From: an uncultured Candidatus Saccharibacteria bacterium
GTDB lineage: Bacteria; Patescibacteriota; Minisyncoccia; Phycocordibacterales; Phycocordibacteraceae
Direction: 5' to 3'
Assembly (NCBI GenBank): GCA_964398815.1
Contig: CAYNNZ010000005.1
Span: forward strand, 5,739 to 69,738
Length of the DNA: 64,000 nt
Shown here one piece after another: positions 28,766-37,090 of the stretch (the first letter of the stretch is position 1; the number at the start of each line of letters is the position of its first letter). The translations under genes were made by a program, and so were the position numbers. The notes below the pieces were generated by a model that did not search any database, was not told the DNA's origin, and was given only the letters and a program-made list of their open reading frames with translations.

Positions 28766-29170
28766 ATGGAACCAGCAACAAACGGGATGAGTGAGGAGGA
28801 AATCAAGGCAAAACTAACACCGGAGGAATATCGCGTGCTGCGTGAGCAAGGCACCGAGGCGCCGTTCACCGGCGAATTCGTCGATAATCATGAGACTGGG
28901 ATGTACACCTGCAAGGTGTGTGGGCACGCGCTCTTTTCTTCGGACGCGAAATTCGACTCAGGCACCGGCTGGCCGTCATTCACCGACCCAGCGGTTGCGG
29001 AGAATGTCGGCGTACGTGTAGATAAGGACGGCTACAGGAATGAGGTCTTCTGCAAGAATTGCGGGAGCCACTTGGGCCATGTATTCGATGACGGCCCGAA
29101 GGATGCGGGCGGGAAGAGGTATTGCATTAATTCCGTCTGTCTCGGCTTCGAGGCAGAGGGCGATAAATAA
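28766..29170 (+). CDS. msrB: Peptide-methionine (R)-S-oxide reductase MsrB
   Basis: 134 aa. CKVCGHALF...GTGWPSF...CKNCGSHLGHVFDDGP (zinc CxxC pairs plus catalytic region). Confidence 0.85.
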   Translation: MEPATNGMSEEEIKAKLTPEEYRVLREQGTEAPFTGEFVDNHETGMYTCKVCGHALFSSDAKFDSGTGWPSFTDPAVAENVGVRVDKDGYRNEVFCKNCGSHLGHVFDDGPKDAGGKRYCINSVCLGFEAEGDK

Positions 29171-29189
29171 TCGGCCCCCATAAACAAGC

Positions 29190-29222
29190 AGGTGCCCCGC
29201 TAACTCCATGTGGAGCGCGGGG
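29190..29222. terminator. Hairpin gtgccccgc-(15 nt)-gcggggcac between convergent msrB and gcrA-like genes
   Basis: Seen in sequence. 9-bp GC stem. Confidence 0.4.
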
Positions 29223-29249
29223 CACAGCTGTCGAGGGGTCTGCGAGAGG

Positions 29250-29798
29250 CTAGATGTACCGGCGGAGAGACCGGGTCAGCTCGTTGACGGTGGACTTCTT
29301 CTTCCCGCCAGTGGCGGGTTGATAGGCGATGCGAGCGTGCTCGACGCAGTAGGGCCCCTCGCCGCCGTTCGACTTGCCACAGAACGTGAAGCCTTCCGAC
29401 GACGGGTCGCCGATGGGCCACTTGCACATGTGGGCGCCGAGCGTCAGCACCGTCGCCGAGCCCGGCGCTTCGTCGCGAACAGGAAGCGGACGAGACGCAG
29501 CGCCGGTAATCGCGTCGACGGTTTCGGCCTGCGCCGAGACGTTCGATTGCGACGCACGCGAACGCGTCTGGTGGTTGGTGACTGCGGTACGCACGTTGTC
29601 CGACACGGGCCGCGGCGGCTTGTAGGCCGGGCGAGCCGGTTGCGACGGAGCCGCACGACCAGAGAGGCCGAGGCGGTGAACTTTGCCGATCACAGCGTTG
29701 CGGGTCACCCCACCCAGCTGCTTGGCGATCTGGCTGGCGGACAACCCGTCCAGCCACAGTTTCTTTAGCGTTTCGATTCTCTCATCGGTCCAGCCCAT
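29250..29798 (-). CDS. GcrA-like cell-cycle/methylation-responsive transcription regulator homolog
   Basis: Start MGWTDERIETLKKLWLDGLSASQIAKQLGGVTRNAVIGKVHRLGLSGR (near-identical to the GcrA N-terminal DNA-binding domain). Ser/Pro/Ala-rich linker. C-terminal CKWPIGDPSSEGFTFCG...PYCVEHARIAY (GcrA C-terminal domain). Confidence 0.65.
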   Translation of the reverse strand: MGWTDERIETLKKLWLDGLSASQIAKQLGGVTRNAVIGKVHRLGLSGRAAPSQPARPAYKPPRPVSDNVRTAVTNHQTRSRASQSNVSAQAETVDAITGAASRPLPVRDEAPGSATVLTLGAHMCKWPIGDPSSEGFTFCGKSNGGEGPYCVEHARIAYQPATGGKKKSTVNELTRSLRRYI

Positions 29799-29889
29799 CT
29801 TGCAGATCCTTCTGTCAAAGATGCAGGAGCGCACCTAATCCGACTATGGCCCCGCTTGACTGCATCCGGCAAGTGGATAACTCCGCGGG

Positions 29890-30366
29890 CTAGAGCGCGT
29901 CTTCCGCCTCGTCGAGCACCGCGTCCTCACGCGCGTCTTTGAATGCCTGCATCTCCTCCCCTATCCGTGCCATCTCCTCTCCGGAGACAACCTCCTCTGC
30001 GGATGGCAGAAGGTCCTCCTCTTCCTCTTCGACATGGTGCGTGATGTTCTCTTTGAGCACGGTTACCTTTGCCGCGAACTGCACATCCTGCGGGTCGAGG
30101 CTCTTCAATTCCTCCATGAGGTGTTTCGCGACGTCGTGCTCCGCGTATGCTTCGTCCACTTTCTTGTCGCCCTCGTCGTCGAGCGCGGCGCGGAATACGG
30201 GATAGGCGATGGTTTCTTCCATCTCGGTGTGCGCTTCGAGTTCTGCGATGATGGCCGCTACGATATCGCCCTTCTGCTCGTACGCATCATCGCCGAAAGC
30301 CTCGTACTCTTCGAACAATGCTTCCACCTTCCGATGGTCGCTTTTAATGAGTTCAATTGGGTCCAT
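29890..30366 (-). CDS. Hemerythrin-like HHE cation-binding domain protein
   Basis: 158 aa. LIKSDHRKVEALFEEYE, EAHTEMEE, AEHDVAKHLM, HHVEEEEEDLLP (His/Glu ligand pattern). Confidence 0.6.
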   Translation of the reverse strand: MDPIELIKSDHRKVEALFEEYEAFGDDAYEQKGDIVAAIIAELEAHTEMEETIAYPVFRAALDDEGDKKVDEAYAEHDVAKHLMEELKSLDPQDVQFAAKVTVLKENITHHVEEEEEDLLPSAEEVVSGEEMARIGEEMQAFKDAREDAVLDEAEDAL

Positions 30367-30452
30367 AGTGATGCGTTATGTGTGTAATGAACTCTGTATA
30401 CGCACTCACGCATGAGTAGGGGGTGAAGTGTGCGATTTGATACACTTCACGC

Positions 30453-30995
30453 ATGACTGAAACAGCGATATTCGGAGGCGGATGCTTCTGGTGCACGGAG
30501 GCAGTATTCAAAATGCTGCGCGGCGTATCGGCAGTTGCGCCGGGCTACGCAGGTGGTTCCTCACCGAACCCCACCTACGAGCAAGTCTGTAGTGGCACCA
30601 CCGGCCACGCTGAAGTAATCCGTATTGAATTCGACCCGAGCCAGGTCTCCTACCGCACGCTCATGACGGTATTCTTCGGCAGCCACGACGCGACCACGCT
30701 CAATCGCCAAGGAAACGACGTCGGTACGCAGTATCGCTCTGCGATATTCCCTACCACTCCCGAGCAAGGCAAGGAGGCCCGCGCATTCATCGAGGAACTA
30801 CAGAATTCGGCCGCAGGCGGCGACCCCATTGTCACCACGGTGGAGGAGGGCGCCACCTTCTACCCTGCCGAGGACTACCACCAGAACTACTACGCGAGGA
30901 ATTCGAACCAGGGATATTGCCAGGTCATCATCGCGCCGAAACTCCAGAAGGTGCAGAAGGAGTTCGCCGACCTGCTTGCGAGCCAGCCCTCCTAG
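30453..30995 (+). CDS. msrA: Peptide-methionine (S)-S-oxide reductase MsrA
   Basis: 180 aa. AIFGGGCFWCTEAVF (GCFWC active site), YHQNYY. Confidence 0.85.
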   Translation: MTETAIFGGGCFWCTEAVFKMLRGVSAVAPGYAGGSSPNPTYEQVCSGTTGHAEVIRIEFDPSQVSYRTLMTVFFGSHDATTLNRQGNDVGTQYRSAIFPTTPEQGKEARAFIEELQNSAAGGDPIVTTVEEGATFYPAEDYHQNYYARNSNQGYCQVIIAPKLQKVQKEFADLLASQPS

Positions 30996-31122
30996 CAACC
31001 TGCCCACGACCCCGTAGGTTCTAGGGGCTGGAGGGGCGCTGATTGCCAGAAACCGGAGACACGTCATTTGTCTCATCGTGCATCTCAAGTGATGTGCGAT
31101 TTAGCCAGTAACCTACCCTCGT

Positions 31123-31350
31123 ATGAGCGTATGGAATGCTATCGGTATTGGAATCTTTATTCTGGTTTTGAAGTGCCTCGCCCCCGCCGTTCTCTCGCAA
31201 GGAGAATCAACTGCAACATCGTTCCTCAAAGGTGCAGAAGTGTCCGCCCAGGTCGCTTCCGGATATGCAGCCGCTGCCGCAGCTCGTGGCACTCCCGCTA
31301 CCGCACCCTTCCCGCTTCCCCAAGCAGGAGGACCGCCCAAGCAGTTCTGA
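31123..31350 (+). CDS. Possible small secreted protein (75 aa) with signal peptide; hairpin terminator at 31367-31392
   Basis: MSVWNAIGIGIFILVLKCLAPAVLS... then Ala/Gly-rich. Weak evidence. Confidence 0.25.
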   Translation: MSVWNAIGIGIFILVLKCLAPAVLSQGESTATSFLKGAEVSAQVASGYAAAAAARGTPATAPFPLPQAGGPPKQF

Positions 31351-31446
31351 TGCTCCCGCCCGTCTGACCACCTCGCCCTCGGAGGTGGTCTTTGTTTTAT
31401 GAAATGAAGAAAGCCCCGTGAGGGGCTTTCTTCGAGAACCAATTGC

Positions 31447-31896
31447 TTACATCGTTCCTCCCATTGGAGGGTTCTGTGGAGGATTCGATGGGGGCATTGA
31501 AGGAGCGGATGGCATAGATGCAGCCATCGGCTTTGCACCGCCCTTCCCGACGAATCCAGCGACCAGAAGCACGACGCCGAGTACGACATGGAGGAGGTGG
31601 TCCGCCATGTTGGTCTCGACGATGCCGAGGAGGCTTCCGCCGTTCGGCACCATCACGAAGCCGAGTACCGCAATCAAGAGGTATACGACACCGAGAATCT
31701 TAAGCCAGAGTGCGGACTGGCTCGGCATGCGGAGTGCGCAGCCGACGAGGATGATACCGAACACGAGGTGCACGAGGTTGTGCGCGAGGTTCGTATCGAA
31801 CAGCGCACCCATGCCGACAAGCGGATTCGGGACGAATCCGAGTACGCCGACGAGGATGAAGACGATACCGAACACCAGAGCAAGCGTTTTAGCCAT
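31447..31896 (-). CDS. DUF4383-family membrane protein
   Basis: 149 aa. VGVLGFVPNPLVGMGALFDTNLAHNLVHLVFG and repeated LLGIVETNMADHLLHVVLG match the DUF4383 pattern. Pro/Met/Ser-rich tail. Confidence 0.55.
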   Translation of the reverse strand: MAKTLALVFGIVFILVGVLGFVPNPLVGMGALFDTNLAHNLVHLVFGIILVGCALRMPSQSALWLKILGVVYLLIAVLGFVMVPNGGSLLGIVETNMADHLLHVVLGVVLLVAGFVGKGGAKPMAASMPSAPSMPPSNPPQNPPMGGTM

Positions 31897-32030
31897 ACAG
31901 GTAGGTTGGTTTTAAGAGACCGGAGTGGTCTTACTAGATAAGTATAGCGAGGTTATAGACATTCCCCGTCCCCAACAGGGGCTGTGTGGATAGCGCTAAA
32001 AGTGCTCATACGGTTGGAACCTTTTAAAGT

Positions 32031-32186
32031 TCAATCCAGCCAACTGATATCGCCGCATGAATAACGGCAAAATGGGAACACCAAATGACCTGTAGCGAAA
32101 TAGGCCGCGATTTCTAAAGTGATATAGACGAAAACTATAAGTGCGATCCAGAAGATTTCTTCTTTGGTCAGTTTTCGTTTCTTCAT
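32031..32186 (-). CDS. Small TM protein (51 aa from MKKRKL), hypothetical, AT-rich islet
   Basis: ORF-track frame 32031-32282; internal start chosen. Confidence 0.25.
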   Translation of the reverse strand: MKKRKLTKEEIFWIALIVFVYITLEIAAYFATGHLVFPFCRYSCGDISWLD

Positions 32187-32241
32187 AAGAAAATTATGAT
32201 AAAAAACACCGGCTGGGAGTTTGGTACGACGTGGGAAAGTT

Positions 32242-32583
32242 CTAATCGGCATCTGAGCATTTTTCCCTTGTCCACGCATCACCTATTTCCTTTCGATAAG
32301 CGTGCCAACCCAACGGCAAATCCATTACTTCACTTAACGAGCTGTCGCGTTCCAATAAGTGTCCAATATGAATTATGGACGCATCCTTATCGTTCGGGGT
32401 CGTGAACGGCAGGAATTGCCAATCTCCGTCTTGGTCATGGCTAACATGCAGCACTGGTTCATCACCTCGTGCAATTTGTTTTGTTGTAAACACACCAAGA
32501 TTTTGTTCCATATCCTCTGCAGTTAGACTCCCTGCGAAATCATGAACACGAAAGCGACAACAATAAATACCAAGAAGACCCAT
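32242..32583 (-). CDS. Small soluble protein with HVSHDQDGDWQF motif (resembles DUF2185/immunity-protein-like family; recalled by eye, not verified)
   Basis: 113 aa (or 89 aa from MEQNLG at 32511). AT-rich. Confidence 0.3.
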   Translation of the reverse strand: MGLLGIYCCRFRVHDFAGSLTAEDMEQNLGVFTTKQIARGDEPVLHVSHDQDGDWQFLPFTTPNDKDASIIHIGHLLERDSSLSEVMDLPLGWHAYRKEIGDAWTREKCSDAD

Positions 32584-32930
32584 GGGATAAAGCGTAATGC
32601 CGAAATCGACTTCGACTCAGGACCGGAATTACTTACACCGTGCTCAAGGAGAATGCTCATAATTTTGTCATTTGAGAAACCCCAAAAGACAAAAAAGGAG
32701 CCGAATGAATTCTTTGGTACTACTTCAATTCCATCTGCCAGAAAAGGAATTATTACGAAACGCTTTGCATAACTAATTTCCTCCCATTTTAGAACTTTAG
32801 TTGTGATTCCAGTTAAGGACGGGTACTGAACTTCCAATCTGTCTTCGGAGAGTTTCAGGCCCACGAAAGGCCACGACAAACTATAGATACCGAACCAACC
32901 TCCCCCGCGAGCGCTAAATAGTATTTTCAT
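32523..32930 (-). CDS. Small protein with N-terminal PH/GRAM-like beta-rich domain and C-terminal TM helix, hypothetical
   Basis: 135 aa. C-terminal ALRFIPWVFLVFIVVAFVFMI. Confidence 0.3.
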   Translation of the reverse strand: MKILFSARGGGWFGIYSLSWPFVGLKLSEDRLEVQYPSLTGITTKVLKWEEISYAKRFVIIPFLADGIEVVPKNSFGSFFVFWGFSNDKIMSILLEHGVSNSGPESKSISALRFIPWVFLVFIVVAFVFMISQGV

Positions 32931-32934
32931 AGAT

Positions 32935-33135
32935 TCACCGAATTACAAAGGCGAAGAAAAGAAGTAGCAGGAAAAGGACCAATACTGAGCCACCTAAAAT
33001 GATTGGAATACTCCATACCATAGGGATACGCGGGCTCGGATCGACAATCTCTTCCGCGCTCAGAAAATAGTGTCGTCTTATTGGTGTGTTAAAGAAAAAT
33101 ATAATTTGTTTCCACATAATATTTAAAGATTCCAT
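32935..33135 (-). CDS. Small TM protein (66 aa from MESLNIMWK), hypothetical
   Basis: C-terminal IPIILGGSVLVLFLLLLFFAFVI. Overlaps the next frame by about 12 nt. Confidence 0.25.
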   Translation of the reverse strand: MESLNIMWKQIIFFFNTPIRRHYFLSAEEIVDPSPRIPMVWSIPIILGGSVLVLFLLLLFFAFVIR

Positions 33136-33401
33136 CTCATTAGATCGAGATAAAGATTCATAAGGCCCGAACCTAGATACAAGGTCATGCCACAAACAAA
33201 TACCATCGAAGAAAGGATGAGTGCCCAATATAGAGATGGATTTTTATTTTTTGTGATCAAAGTTTCTTGAGAGATTTTAAACTCGCTTTTGCGCCATGAA
33301 TTCAACACTTCCCTTGAGAGTGAGTAAAGAATCCAGATACAAAACAAAACGTAACAAAAAGCGAGAACGAGCTTCAACAGCATAATAGAATTATGCCACA
33401 A
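33123..33401 (-). CDS. Small 2-TM membrane protein, hypothetical
   Basis: 92 aa, MWHNSIMLLKLVLAFCYVLFCIWILY... AT-rich. Starts 19 nt after the upstream metallopeptidase gene. Confidence 0.3.
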   Translation of the reverse strand: MWHNSIMLLKLVLAFCYVLFCIWILYSLSREVLNSWRKSEFKISQETLITKNKNPSLYWALILSSMVFVCGMTLYLGSGLMNLYLDLMRWNL

Positions 33402-33419
33402 AAATGACTAGCTGGCAGA

Positions 33420-33848
33420 CTAAAGCTCGAACTGATTGCTTCCCGCGTCCTCACGCTCATGAATCTCGTGTTCGGAAAGGCCGAAGTAATGCCCTACTTC
33501 GTGCCAGAGCGTCTCGCGCACTGCTTTGGCGAGTGCGGTTTCAATATTCGCGAGTTCGGGCCACTCGTATAAAAGTTCCTGCGCTTCTTCGAGAAGCGGG
33601 AGACGGTAGAGCGTTATTGTGTCGGGAAGCGTTCCTCCGATTCCGTACTGTTCGCCCCGTTCGAGGCGATTAATGCCGTGATAGAGGCCGAGTAGTGTAT
33701 CGCCCGGTCCCAAATGCTCGAGCTCGCGTATCTCATCTGACGGCTCGTCCTCCACGAGGAGTGCGACGTTCTCAACGCGCGCTCGGAAATGCTCGGGCAT
33801 CGCGTCCCACGTCTTTCCGACTAGTTCTTCAAAAGCCTTCGCGTCCAT
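33420..33848 (-). CDS. Zincin-like metallopeptidase family protein (DUF1025/Zincin_1-like)
   Basis: 142 aa. LWHEVGHYFGLSEHEIHE (HExxH + E). Acidic. Confidence 0.55.
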   Translation of the reverse strand: MDAKAFEELVGKTWDAMPEHFRARVENVALLVEDEPSDEIRELEHLGPGDTLLGLYHGINRLERGEQYGIGGTLPDTITLYRLPLLEEAQELLYEWPELANIETALAKAVRETLWHEVGHYFGLSEHEIHEREDAGSNQFEL

Positions 33849-33857
33849 TCCGCGATT

Positions 33858-34448
33858 CTACCAGTTCGTGAATCGTATGAAATGGTCGAGCCAATTGAGG
33901 AAACGATTCAAACGGTCCGCCCAACTTACCTGCACGACGGGCAGCGGAGGAGTTTCAAAGAATGGGTTAGTGGTCGTAGATGCAGTCGTCGTCGCGACCG
34001 GGGGTGTTGAGGTCGCGTGCGGTGCAGGCTTCACCGTTTCGTACGCGGTGCATTTGCCGGGAGTGGTGTTCCCTATTTGGCAGGCACGCAGCGTACACAT
34101 GGTCTGACCATTCGGAGTTTTGCTACAGGAATTGCATCCATCGAACCACGCGACGCATCCTTTGGGCGGAGTGTATGGTTCTGCCGGCTTTATCGGTCCT
34201 GTCTCTTTTCCGGTGCACTCACCCTCGTGGATGATTGGAGAGTCTCCTGCCATGCAGGCGTTGCTGTAGGTCTCATAGACGGGATAGCACGGAGCGCGTA
34301 CGCACTGCACCTGGTGCGCAGCACACACGGGAGCGTACTCCATTGTACAGACACGATTCTCCTCCGCTGCGAGCGCAGTATAGGCAAAGCCAAGTGCGAA
34401 CACGATAGCGAGAATGGGTATGGAGAGGTAGCGCATATCGCTCATCAT
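33858..34448 (-). CDS. Secreted Cys-rich protein, hypothetical
   Basis: 196 aa. Signal peptide MMSDMRYLSIPILAIVFALGFAYTALAA. About 17 Cys with CxxxC/CxxC spacing. Pro/Thr-rich tail. Confidence 0.4.
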   Translation of the reverse strand: MMSDMRYLSIPILAIVFALGFAYTALAAEENRVCTMEYAPVCAAHQVQCVRAPCYPVYETYSNACMAGDSPIIHEGECTGKETGPIKPAEPYTPPKGCVAWFDGCNSCSKTPNGQTMCTLRACQIGNTTPGKCTAYETVKPAPHATSTPPVATTTASTTTNPFFETPPLPVVQVSWADRLNRFLNWLDHFIRFTNW

Positions 34449-34479
34449 ATACCGCTATGACGCGGCACGATGGGACTTC

Positions 34480-34908
34480 TTACTGAAGAATCGGCTTCGC
34501 CGCACAGTCAGCGAATGTGGTGTCCTTCCCTTCCGTGATGAAGGCAGTGTCGCCCTTGTTCCAGAACACGACGGATTCATCTGCGTTTGCGTAGCGCGCA
34601 CCGGATGCAGAAATTGCGTGCGGCAGAGTCAGATTGCGTCCATCGGACAGTAGGAGCTGCACGCCCTTTTCATGATAGATGGCACGTACGGTCTTATCGC
34701 TCCTGCAGGTATAGGTGACGTCCGCTATCGGAGCATTACCGATAGGGTTAGTGCTTTCCGAAAGACTCCTCTGCGCATTTATGAATGCGTGGTATTCGTA
34801 GGTTTTCCCGAGAAAGAAGCCGAGAACGAACACGCCGACAAAGAGCACAATAGCAATTAGCTGCGAGTAGCGAGTCACGTGATTCCAGTCAATATTCTTG
34901 AAGTTCAT
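34480..34908 (-). CDS. MliC-family (membrane-bound lysozyme inhibitor of C-type lysozyme) protein with N-terminal anchor
   Basis: 142 aa. VTYTCRSDKTVRAIYHEKGVQLLLSDGRNLTLPHAISASGARYANADESVVFWNKGDTAF fits the MliC beta-barrel pattern (SASGARY). Confidence 0.55.
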   Translation of the reverse strand: MNFKNIDWNHVTRYSQLIAIVLFVGVFVLGFFLGKTYEYHAFINAQRSLSESTNPIGNAPIADVTYTCRSDKTVRAIYHEKGVQLLLSDGRNLTLPHAISASGARYANADESVVFWNKGDTAFITEGKDTTFADCAAKPILQ

Positions 34909-35528
34909 GCGTGTAGTGTAGCGCGTTTATGAAGCGGTATGAGGAATACGAAGCAGAGCCAGAATGCGCCAAGCGTGAATCCAGCAATGACGTCGGAGAA
35001 GTAGTGCGCCGCGAGCACAATGCGGCTCATGCCTATAGCAAGAATAAGAAGCGCGGGTATAACAATCGCTACGGTCCGCGCGAGTGTGCCCTGCGTGCGC
35101 TGCCACGCCATCACCGCAATGAATCCGAACAGCGCCATGGAAGCAGTCGAGTGACCGCTTGGGAATGAGAAGGAGTGCATCTCCCCTATCCATGGGAGGG
35201 CGTCCGGGCGCACACGCCCGATGTACGACTTCACCAGCTCGACTGTGCCACTCTCTGCAATGAGGAGAATAGCGAGACGCAGCGCGCTCTCGCGGCCGCG
35301 CAGCAGGAATGCGGTGAGAAGCGCAATGACAATAATGCCCGTCGTACTCCCAATGGTCGTAATAGCAACGAAAAACTCTACCCACGGAAGAGTCTGCAGG
35401 TGATGCGCGAGATTCGTAGCGAATGTATCAAGCGCGACGTAGTCGTCTGGGTCAATCCACATGAATCCGACCTGCGCGATGAACGCGAGCCCGAACACAA
35501 TTGCGCCTATGAGTGGGAGCCGTTTCAT
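34905..35528 (-). CDS. PAP2-superfamily phosphatase (undecaprenyl-diphosphatase/lipid phosphatase-like)
   Basis: Start MKRLPLIGAIVF. Motifs KSYIGRVRPD, SFPSGHS, SRIVLAAHYFSDV (PAP2 KxxxxxxRP / PSGH / SRxxxxxHxxxD). Confidence 0.7.
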   Translation of the reverse strand: MKRLPLIGAIVFGLAFIAQVGFMWIDPDDYVALDTFATNLAHHLQTLPWVEFFVAITTIGSTTGIIVIALLTAFLLRGRESALRLAILLIAESGTVELVKSYIGRVRPDALPWIGEMHSFSFPSGHSTASMALFGFIAVMAWQRTQGTLARTVAIVIPALLILAIGMSRIVLAAHYFSDVIAGFTLGAFWLCFVFLIPLHKRATLHA

Positions 35529-35535
35529 CGCCGCA

Positions 35536-36045
35536 TTATAGTTTGGTTGCGTCATATGCCCAATGAAGAATGGCCTGCTTCTGGCGCGGCCTACAGGTGA
35601 TATCGCCCGGCCGGCAGTTATAGCGCACCTGCGCCATATGCCGGACAATCTTCTTCCACCGGTCTATCTGCCTGCGGTCTTCAACCGGATTCCTGCGACC
35701 GAGGTAATACCGGCAATACCACTGGAACCACCCGCGCGGGTCGTCTGGATGAATCCATCCTTTCCGCTCCCACTCCTCCCGCGACTGTGACGCATTCACG
35801 CCAAAATAATTGAGCGAGGCGTCACGCTTCCCTTTCGTCGAGACCTTGGCGTGAGTAAACCAATCCCGTGGATATTCATCTGTCTCGCCTTCGAAATACT
35901 CACCGCCGAACACGCCGAATGCGAGCATTTCCTTCGGCGTCAGTTGCGGGTCGAAGTCCGGTGCGAAATTCTTCCCTACCGGTTCGCTGCGAACGTAGGT
36001 ATAGCCCGATTGAAGCGGGTCGTTGACCTTAGTCGTCTCCCTCAT
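35536..36045 (-). CDS. Conserved hypothetical cytoplasmic protein (Trp/Arg-rich, RGWFQWYCRYYLGRR motif)
   Basis: 169 aa. No family assigned. Confidence 0.35.
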   Translation of the reverse strand: MRETTKVNDPLQSGYTYVRSEPVGKNFAPDFDPQLTPKEMLAFGVFGGEYFEGETDEYPRDWFTHAKVSTKGKRDASLNYFGVNASQSREEWERKGWIHPDDPRGWFQWYCRYYLGRRNPVEDRRQIDRWKKIVRHMAQVRYNCRPGDITCRPRQKQAILHWAYDATKL

Positions 36046-36565
36046 TCGGGTCGAACGGCATTCCTGGTTTCTCCGGAACTATCGGCTCAGCTGTTTCGTC
36101 GAACTCAAGCGGCGTATCGCTGTGCCCTATCTTTCCTGAAAGCATGGCGCGTACGGTCTTCACACTGAAGTAGAGCGCACCGAGCATAAGCAGCACACCT
36201 GCCTCGCGCGCAAGGAAGAGCTGCACTGACTGCGTGTGCTGCAACACCACTGCGAAGGTCTCGAGAAGCACGACTGACACACCGGACACGGTCGCGTTCG
36301 CAATCATCACCAGCTGGCTGCGCGGACTAGTGAGTGCCGCGAGGAGCACCATGAGGAGCGAGGCTCCGACAGATGCGACCACACCAAATGGAAGCAAATC
36401 TCCGAGAACTGGCATCACCACGAGCGAGAGTACCGCCATCGCGATGAACAATGAACGCACGTAATCACCGTAGTAATGAGGTATCCCGCGTGACCATCCG
36501 ACGGTCGAACGCCACGAGCTGTATCCGTTTTGCATATGCCCCCAGTGTAGCAAACCAAGAGGCAT
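36029..36565 (-). CDS. Membrane protein, hypothetical (4-5 TM) with C-terminal soluble tail
   Basis: 178 aa. Confidence 0.4.
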   Translation of the reverse strand: MPLGLLHWGHMQNGYSSWRSTVGWSRGIPHYYGDYVRSLFIAMAVLSLVVMPVLGDLLPFGVVASVGASLLMVLLAALTSPRSQLVMIANATVSGVSVVLLETFAVVLQHTQSVQLFLAREAGVLLMLGALYFSVKTVRAMLSGKIGHSDTPLEFDETAEPIVPEKPGMPFDPNEGDD

Positions 36566-36605
36566 GCTATAGTCCCGCGAGTTTCAACCCTATGGAGAGT
36601 CCAGC

Positions 36606-36992
36606 ATGTGCACGGCTCCTACCTGCAATGATATCTGCTCATTCTTCACGCCGCTCGTCGCCGGCTACTTCCGCGCCACGTCGCACCCGCCCGCCTTCGA
36701 GGTGGAACGGGGCCGCCGTATGTTCATGGCCATGGACGTCACGGACGCGCCCGACGCCGCGACCGAGAGCCGGCAATTCGCCGACTTCCTCGAGCAGGCC
36801 CACCGCATCAAGATGACGCCGGAGGAACTCCACGAAGCCATCGCGAGCAGCTGTGGCTTCATCGAGGCTGTCGCGAACTGGGCGAACGGCGTGGTGCCGA
36901 ACGGCTGGGTCCGGAAAATCATCCTGACCAACGCCGAGATGATCCTCAACGAACGCGGCTCCTACCCCGAACTTTCTCTGCTCGCCGCCTAA
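36606..36992 (+). CDS. Hypothetical protein
   Basis: 128 aa frame; a start at MFMAMDV is possible. Followed by two hairpins (37001-37030, 37046-37077). Confidence 0.3.
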   Translation: MCTAPTCNDICSFFTPLVAGYFRATSHPPAFEVERGRRMFMAMDVTDAPDAATESRQFADFLEQAHRIKMTPEELHEAIASSCGFIEAVANWANGVVPNGWVRKIILTNAEMILNERGSYPELSLLAA

Positions 36993-37090
36993 GCGGCAAC
37001 GGTCCCGGCTTCTTGCCGGGACCGCCTGCTTTTAAACAAAACAATAAAGGCTCCCTTCGGAGCCTTTATTGTTTTGTGACTTGCCGAACG

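Noticed and set aside
29200-29768. 185-186 aa ORFs on both strands overlapping the gcrA-like gene
   Set aside because: Arg-rich shadow frames. The GcrA frame has near-perfect conserved-domain matches.
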